Part shown: in pieces, positions 9,001 through 17,700 of the stretch
Numbering within the stretch: position 1 is the stretch's first letter
Layout of the letters: each line of letters begins with the position of its first letter
DNA from: an uncultured virus (IMG/VR IMGVR_UViG_3300021364_000014)
Taxonomy: Duplodnaviria; Heunggongvirae; Uroviricota; Caudoviricetes
IMG/VR virus record: IMGVR_UViG_3300021364_000014
Strand: one strand, 5' to 3'
DNA: 20,000 nt
Made by a program: the position numbers and the translations under genes
Notes under the pieces: model-generated
What the model saw: the letters and a program-made list of their open reading frames with translations, nothing else
What the model was told of the DNA's origin: nothing
Database searches by the model: none

Positions 9001-11539
9001 CTGTTGTAGAAACGGTTACTGTAGATGCAAGGATAGATCCACCAGCATCTCTTACCTGATCCCCTACAGAGAATGTTGCGGCGGGAATTACATTGCTTAC
9101 AAAATCGATGATATCAACTTCAGCGTTTGTGACTGTGTAAACTTCTGGTTGTACGAGGTCAAATGCATTGACAGTTAATGTATCACCTTGAGAATATCCA
9201 TTACCACCATCAATAACGGTTACTTCGCTGATTACGCCAAGTGTACCAACGGTGTACTGGAATCCTGTACCACCACCATATTCTGGTTCGAAGTTTACAA
9301 CCATTGCACCAGCGGTAATTGGTGCAATAGACAAAGTAACTTCTGTTGCGCTTACAATATTGGTAACAGTTGTTCCATCAATAATTCCACCTGCACCACT
9401 TACATACACAACTTCCATTCCAGTTGTGATACCAGAAGTATCTGGTACAGTGATGTTTGTTATATTTTGGTTTGTAACTCTCAGGTCTGCATTACCAGGA
9501 ACAGTTGGTGCTTCAGAGATTGTAAACTGAGTTGCGCTATCAACACTAACAACAACAGCTCCACCAGGAATTTGACCAGGATTATTAATGTTTTGAATTA
9601 GATCAACTGCGTCACCAACTTCAATACCAGCAGTAGAAGCAACAGTAATCTGTGGACTTCCTGCTTCAATCGTAGAAACAGAGATAGCAAGGTCGTTACC
9701 ACCAGATCCTGGTACAGCACCAGAAGCGCCTCCAAGCGATCCTCCAGGGATATAGAGCGTGTCTCCTGGTAAGTATCCAGAACCAGCGTTGACGATGGTT
9801 ACAGAGTCATAGAAAGTGTTTCCACCACCACTACTGACAACAACATCTACAACCAGTCCAGAACCATTACTGTTTAGAGTAGAAACTAAAATATTTGAAT
9901 ATGTTGTGTCAGGACCAGCAGCGTTACCAGTAAATTGAATTTCAGTAACACCAGCATTAGATGTAAATGTTACACCTAAGAATTCAATTTCACCCCTAGC
10001 ATATGTGCTGACATTGTTGACCGCAGTTGCTAGTGTAAGAACATCTCCAGTCTGATATCCAAGACCAAAGTCTGCAATGCCATCTAACTCATCAATAGAT
10101 CCGAAGTTTCCACCAAGAGTGTATGCAAAACCAGAACCCTCTACTCCTGCTTGTAGACTGTTAGCATCATAAAGATCTAAAGGATCAACAGATAGGACAT
10201 CACCTAATTGATACAGACCATCTCCACCATTTGTAATAGTGACGGTTGAGATAACACCACCGAGATCATCAACAGTCATAGAGAATCCAGACTGTGATGG
10301 ACTTGGATCAACTAGAGTTAGTTGACCACCCATATTTGGGTGAACACTACAATTGTAGAATAATGTGTTATTATTAGGTGTTGCTGGTACTGTGAAAGTA
10401 ACAATCTTAGTTGTAGCGCCAAAGTAACCAGCAAGGAAGTTTGCTCCAGTTACAGTAACGCCATCTAGTTCATAAACAACACCATCAGCAGCATCGATTA
10501 TAGCATTAGTATCATCTACTGCAGTAGAGATGTAAAATGGGTGTTGATTTGATGTAGTATCACTTACATCAAACACATAAGTTTTTCCTTTTAGGAGGTT
10601 GAAATCTCCACCTAAGAAACCATCAATAAAATACTGGTTACCAAGGGAAGATTTGACTTCAAATGTTTGTGTACCAGTTGTGGTGATTGCTGCAGTTAGT
10701 ACATCGCCTACTGTATACTGAGAAGTAACAGATACAAACTCACTGCTGTCAACTCCACCAAACTGCTGCACACCGCCATTTACAACACGGAGATTACATT
10801 TCATTCCAGAACCATTACCACCAGTCATGGTAATGCTCTTGAACAAACCATCTGGATAGTTGGAACCAGATGTGACAGTAGCACCAAACAGACTGACCTC
10901 AACCTGTGCTTCCATGCCACTGCCGCTACCACCAGTCAGGGAAACATTGTTATATGTTCCAGGATAGTAGTTGATACCAGCGTTGGTGACAACACCAGAG
11001 ATTTGTGGTACTGTGAAATCAATCAGAGCGCCACTACCACTACCACCAATCAGTGGAATGTTTAGATAAGAACCAGGAGTATATCCAGTACCAGTATTAG
11101 AAATAGCACCTTGGAAACCATCGACGGTGAGACCTAGTAGTGCAGAGTCACCAGTACCGCCAATGGCAGGAATGTCTGTATAGTCACCACCATCATAGTT
11201 TTGACCAGCATTTTGAATTGATAAGAACAAACTGTCGAGACTGTTCTTCTCAATAATAAAGTCTTTGTAATACTTAGTGGAACTGGCGGATAGATCAGCA
11301 AGTTTCTTGCTTTGACTTGCAAAACCAAGAACACCGTTACTTGATCTGTATACACCCAGTGTGGTATCATTAACAAACGCTAGTGATGGTGTCGTTACAG
11401 AACCATCACCAAGTTTCAAATTACCAGTAGATAGGTCAGACCCACCACTACTGATTTGGAATAACTGAGAACCGAGTTCATTGATTTTTACCCTTTGTTG
11501 TTCAAAGGTATCGGTTCTTGCGACGTTAACTGCTGGCAT
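6047..11539 (-). CDS. 1830-aa tail-fibre-like virion structural protein with Gly-rich repeats, cupredoxin-like and CBM-like modules
   Basis: ORF track. N-terminal [14 protein letters not shown] (attachment-type N-terminus of T4-like fibres), fibre motif [22 protein letters not shown], many GSGY/GDVLT units, two IRFNT...YEGY..W.SLGG repeats, and a T/G/V/S/N-rich composition. Confidence 0.85.
   Translation of the reverse strand: [1830 protein letters not shown]
6690..7588 (-). repeat. Two degenerate fibre repeats 220 aa apart (LxVPxGxTxxR...IRFNT...YEGY...WxSLGGVxDxDxNTYI)
   Basis: [13 protein letters not shown]...[15 protein letters not shown]...[19 protein letters not shown] (from 7588) versus [12 protein letters not shown]...[37 protein letters not shown] (from 6928). 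Confidence 0.85.
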
Positions 11540-11732
11540 TTTTGATTAACTCTCTCAGTAGTGATTTTATTTCAGAGATTTCATTCTTCAACATATTTAT
11601 GTCTTCTAACGCGGAACCGAGATGTTTCGATTTACGTCTTGCATCAATAGCAGAATCGTCGAGATTGATGATGGCACCAGTGTTTTGGTCTCTTACGAGA
11701 CCATCATGACCACTTACCTTTATGTAATCCAT
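11526..11732 (-). CDS. 68-aa small protein with C-terminal coiled coil (typical neighbour of VrlC-like genes in T4-like marine phages)
   Basis: ORF track. It fills the gap between the two large genes: 9 nt after the VrlC stop and a 14-nt overlap with the next gene. Motif KVSGHDGLVRDQNTGAIIN, with a heptad pattern LEDINMLKNEISEIKSLLRELI. Confidence 0.85.
   Translation of the reverse strand: MDYIKVSGHDGLVRDQNTGAIINLDDSAIDARRKSKHLGSALEDINMLKNEISEIKSLLRELIKNASS
11594..11601 (-). promoter_or_regulatory. Putative late promoter CATAAATA inside the 68-aa gene
   Basis: NATAAATA match, 54 nt upstream of the ATG of the 1830-aa gene. It could also be a by-product of the D-I-N-M codons. Confidence 0.5.
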
Positions 11733-11741
11733 GCGCGGAGA

Positions 11742-14700
11742 TTAGAAAGAAGCTACGGCTCTAATGTCTTGAATCTTGGGTACAAACGCGGGATCTACAG
11801 ATGCCATCACAATTTTGACTGCAAAAGAGGAGAATTCTGGTAGATCTGCTACACTGTACTTAAGATCCTGATACGATGATTGCTTTTCAACTACACCAGA
11901 AATGGTGTTTTCACTGGTAGCAATTTCTGCTGTATCTGGCATTCCAGTTTCATTAAAGAATACCCAATCAATATCTTCAAAGTTTTCTTGACTGGATGCT
12001 TTCTTGAATCTATACAGAACTTTGACATCAGCAATGTCTTTGACGTTTGCCAGTAGGTGTACGTCAATAGAAGTTGCAGGACTATTAATTGCAATTTCCT
12101 TGGTAACATATTTTGCTGCAGCAGATCCATTCTTAGATGTATTCTCTGCAACAAACTCAATACCGTTGGTGTATGTAATAGTTCCTACTTCTAGATATGC
12201 TCTTTCGTTAGTCTCATCTGCATCAGGATGCATAATGAAATCTCCAACACGGAAGATATCTGTTTGCTGATCAGTTACACCATTAGAATCAAATACTGCT
12301 CTAGTAAATTGATCATCATCAATGATTCTAGAAGTGTAATCATCACCGATAGGTTGTGTATCAACTCTTACGGTTAGTTCTTGTGTTTTGCTATTCCAGA
12401 CAACAGACTTGCCAGTAATGATGTTGTAATATGCTTCTGTTCCTTCGGAAACACTATTATAAACAGCAACTGGATTGCGTGCTGTAATAGTAGCAGCATC
12501 AGCAATATCAAAGAATAGTTGTGTTGGATTGGAATCAACAACCACCGCAGTTAATCCAGTGTCGTCACTGAGAGTTACACCCTCACCTTTCTGGAAGAAT
12601 TGAGATGTCTTCAATCTTACATAAAGAACGTTTCCGTCTACACGGGCGATGATACCAGATGCCTTGGTTGTGTTACCAACGATAGACTGGTTGACACTGA
12701 TGTCTGCTCCACCTTGACCAGATACTTCAAACTGATATACTGGGAAGAACTTGATAATTTGATCTCTTCTACCATAACGATTTTCTTGTCCCTTAGCATT
12801 CTCAACTCTGTTTGTGGAAGTCTTTACAGATGCACTGGAAAGATCAATTACAGGAGATAGATGAGACACTGTAGAAGTCAAGGTCATTTTATAGTTCAAA
12901 GAACTTGTGATACCATTTAGTGTTTCATTAATATCAGATGCAATAAACTTCTGATTTGTAAAATAGTGAGACTCATTCAAGAATGTTTTTTCATATTCAC
13001 TCTGGGAGTAAGAAGTGTAGTTGGTAGTAGAACTATCTACAGGGACAACGTTAGTTGTTTTGACTTCTGTGCTGAGAGTTGTTCCAGTAAACGATAGGTA
13101 ATGAACCTGTGGATACAGAGTTTCATATTTTCTATTGTAAGAAGCATAAACTGCATCTCCACCACCAATAGCATTAGCAGCTGCTTTAGATACCGTATTA
13201 ATGTTATAATAATCTATACCAGAGTTGCTAATTTGGAACAATCCATTGTTTAGTGTGGAAGCAGTAATTCCGCCAACTGTCTTGGCGGTCCTGTAAAATA
13301 CATAAGAATCTCCACCAGTTTCAAATCCGTTATCTCTATGGGATACTTTGACAATAGCATTGTTGTTCTTGAACAACTTGGATGTGGAGTTGCTGCTGGA
13401 ACTTGCATTTGTCTCGAATGGATTTGCATCCAATAATTCATATCCAAGAGAAGCATTTCTTAGTACCAATTCTGCAGGACGCTCAATAGCAAACTCTGCG
13501 CGATACATGGTAAACTTGAGATCCTCAAAGATATCTTCTGTCCAACTTTCAGTATTCTGAGATCTGTATACAGAACCTAGTGCTGGTTGGGTGGTGATAA
13601 CAGTGCTTGTAGCAATGTCAGTCTCACCTAGTCTAGATACCCACATCTCATAATCAACAGAATCAGTTTCAACTACAAGTGCATATTCAGTATCATTCTG
13701 TAGATATACTGGATAGTCATATCCAAAGTGAGTTGGGGTTGTAGATTCAGTAACACCGTCTCTATCAACAGCAACGCCCATTCTTACTGCAGGTGTGTCA
13801 ATCTCGATGAAAGTTTCCACTTCACATCCACCAGCACCATTACCAACACCTCTGATAACAACAGAAGGTGCTTCGGTATATCCGAATCCAGGTAAAGAAA
13901 CTTCTACGTTATAGATCTTACCACCAGAAACTTTAATAGATGCAGTAGCAGTAGAACCACCAGGAAGTTGTGGACTTTCTAGAGTCAGAACAGCACTGTC
14001 ATAGTTAGCACCAGGGTTAGTAACTCTGATGTCCGATAGTTTTCCACTATCCTTAGCAATACTCAAAACAAAATCTGTTCCATCAGTAGCATTCGATAGT
14101 GTTACGGATGGGATGATCAGGTCTTCGTTTGCAGAGAAAGATCTGCCGTTGTGATTGCTCAAGACTACGGTATAGACTTGCTCATTGGTAAGACTGTATC
14201 TGCCAGATGCAGTAGCAACTAGTTCTACATTGTTCTTATCAAAGATCTGGAGAATAGGACCAGAAGCAGCAGAAGAAGCGCCAGTTACATTCTCTCCCTT
14301 GTATACTGACATGTTTCCACTAGCAGTACACTTGAGGAATGTATTTGGAGATAATGTTTTTTCCGATCCAGGAACAATATTCTTTCCTGGTTTTTCTGCA
14401 TCTACATTGGTGATGTATGTCTTGACTGGAATGTTGGTGCTCTTCTTATTGAAGTAGAGATCAACACCAGTAACAAAACAACCACCATCTAGATTCTCAA
14501 CTTTGAAAGTCTGAGCGAGAGGATTTGGTCTTACAGGATTATCAGTGTTGCTCTCGATAAGTTGTACACCTTCGTTTGCCTTGAAGTAAGATGGTTTTGT
14601 GGATACAATGCTAGAAGGATTCTGTGGTAGAGTTCCAGAAGCATAGTATTTTACTTCTGCGTAAGTATCAACTGTCTCTTTGCTTTCATTTGTAGCACTA

Positions 14701-17700
14701 GATGTAAATCTAAATGTCAACTCACCTGTGGTGAAGTTTAATTGCTCAGCGTTAGTGTCATATGATACAGTGCTTACATCTCCACCCCAAGTTGCATTTT
14801 GTAGTGGTGGATAACCAGAAGGCAGAAGAATCAAACCACTAGCATTTCCATACTCATCAGTGGTTACAGTTCCATTGAAAGCAGACAAGGAGTTGCCAGC
14901 GATACCACTAAATCTTAGGTCTGGATTGACCCAACGATTGATATTTCTACCTTCAAGGAATACATTGATCTTAGTATTTGGTTTCAGTCTACGGATGACA
15001 AACTTGACTGGTTTGCTTCTAGCAAAGAATGCTAGGGCAGTAGATACTTGAGTCTCACCAACACTCTTCGACTGAACACCTTTTGCAATGTCATTATTCT
15101 GTGGACTGATGTTGGAAGAACTTCCAACAGATGCACTAGCAACAGAAGAAATTGCATCCTGAGTATTCAGTTCACCAAGAGAATTGATAGAAGTAAATGC
15201 AGGTGAAGTTCCTACCCAGTTTACAACGAAAGAGTTGTGAAGACTTGATAGACTCTCTTTTACATTTTCTTTTGCGAGGAAAATTGTGTATAGATTGGTG
15301 TTTGTATCTACAACCAATGGTTCTTGTGAATCATCATACCACTGGTCGATAGATGGAGAAACTTCACCATCACCAACATACTGTAGAACAACAAATGGAT
15401 TTGGATTTAGAGTCTTGGAAGCAAAATCATTTCCTAGCAGTTCTAGACTTCCATATGGAAGAGTAACAATATTGCCAGATCTGGTGTATCCAGAAACAGA
15501 TCTTTGATCATTTCTAGTATTAACTTCTACAAGATCAATAGAATCTTCTTTCGACTGTGGTCTTAGTGTAGATTGTCTGCTATCAATAGAGCATCTGTAG
15601 TCAAGAGAATTGAGGTTGCCAACTCTGTGTGCCTCAAAATTATCAACAAAGAATCCAGACTTGAATCTGTCAAGTCCAATATCATCCTTGACTTGCATGT
15701 TGAGAGCTTGTTGCTCTAGGATGCTAAGTGTGGTATAGTATTCGAGACGCTCAATGCGCTTCTCCAACTTACCAATATCACGCATCGTGTAGCGTCTGTT
15801 GTCAACGGGAGTAATTCTTACGTCCTTACTGTCTTTTGTGAATGCAGGAATGTATGCATAGAAGAGAGGAACTGCATCCTCAATAGGATCTGGTTTAGAT
15901 GGGTTGAGGGAAGAGTTACCTTCTTTGACTACAAAGTTGCCTTTCTTGTCTAAGAAAATACCATCGATGCGATCTAAGTATTGTACTTGACTGAAGGAGA
16001 ACGTGTATTCAATATTATTATCTGGAGCAGGAGTGCTAGAAACAACAGCACCAGAACCAGCAAACGAACCAGATGTTAATCCAAGACTTGTGTTATTCTG
16101 GAAACCAGAAATAATAGCGTTGGAATCTACCTTAGGTCTAAAGTCTAGTACGTTCTTAAGTTCTACTACCTTATGAACAGAAGAATTGAATGTAGGAATC
16201 TCATCTTCAGGAACACCTGCTTCATGTAGATAACTATCAATGGTACAGAAGTCACCTTGAGAATGTACAAAATAATCAAAGGCGATTACCAACTGACCAC
16301 TTGTAGGTTCAAATCCTGGTTTTAGAACAAGTCTGGAGACATCATAAACAGTGTCTCTTTGACCATTGTCAAACGTAAACTTATTAGTTACATCTGTACC
16401 AGAAATTAGATTGCCTGCACTATCGAGTTCAGGTGGTTGAGCAGAAGTTCCTTCATATACGTATCTCAGTTTGAATGCATCAGAGTAAGAAATAGTCTCT
16501 ACTGCTTTAGTATCGTAATCAGATCCTCTGAATGGAACTACACGATCACCTGCGGATGCAACTGTGATTCTCTTATTTCTAATTGCAGTTTTTAGTCTTG
16601 GTTTAGCATTGCTTACTTCAACTGTTGCAGTCAGTTTTAATTTTGGATATGTTCCATTAGAAGGAATTGTTCCAAAGTAAGATGGAGGAAGTGCTAGACT
16701 AATACTTCCAGAAGTTAGACCACTGGTGGTATCTGTCTTAGAAGTAATATTTACTTGATCCTGAGAAACATATAGAATATCACCAATTCCAATATTGGGA
16801 GCATCACCAGGATCGAGAACTGTAATCATGAAGTTCTCTGTACTGTATGCAGCAAATCTCTGTGTTCCAAATGGAAGTTGTGCTTTGAATGTAATTGCGT
16901 TAGGATCACCAGAAGCAGTAGTGACAAAATCTCTACGGAAGTAGTATTTGATCTTGCTATCTTCGTCACTATATGCTAGTTGAGATACCTGCTTACTTCC
17001 AGTTGGGAAGATTAGTGTGCCACTGTTTGTATTGGCAACTTTAGGACGTAAACGAACGATGCTAGTATTAGTTACTGGTCCTGGTAGAGCGGTATCAAAA
17101 TAAACTCTAGTTTTGAATGGTCCGTCTTGCTCAGTTGCATACTGAACAATTGCTCTTACTAGATTATTATTATCATCAGAGAATTGTACTAGATCTCCTT
17201 GCTGTAGAATAGTGGATGCATCTGCACTGAAACTTGTAGATTCAATGAAGTTAGATCCTTGAGATCCGAAGAATGTAAAGTCAGTAACGGACTTAATTTC
17301 AGAATACGTCTGACTATCTACAACAACATCAGCACTGAAGTTGTTGGAGTTACCAGAACCATAACTGCAACCAAGAGACTTGACGTTCTGTGGTGTATAA
17401 GTTGTTACGCTGTTTCTGAATAGAATAGGGACAACTGCCGCTGCAGAGTTTGGAGCTCCAGCAGAATCTGGATTTTTGACAGTTACAGCAGGTGGTTGTG
17501 CATATTGTAAAGCTACTGCATTTCTATCTGCAATAACTGCCTTGTAGATCTTACCATCATTGGTCTTAGAAATTGCAATCTTGGAAGAGTCAAATTCAAG
17601 ACCATTGACCAGAAGAGTCACGCCGTCTGCATAACCCAATCCTCTGTTTTGTACAACGAAGTGGGAAATAGTATTGTCGGTTGCAATTCTAGCGGTATTG

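Noticed and set aside
10305..10680. Plastocyanin (petE) auxiliary metabolic gene
   Set aside because: It is not a standalone ORF, has no signal peptide, and has C-x2-H-x2-M rather than plastocyanin's C-x2-H-x4-M spacing. It is an internal domain of a fibre protein.
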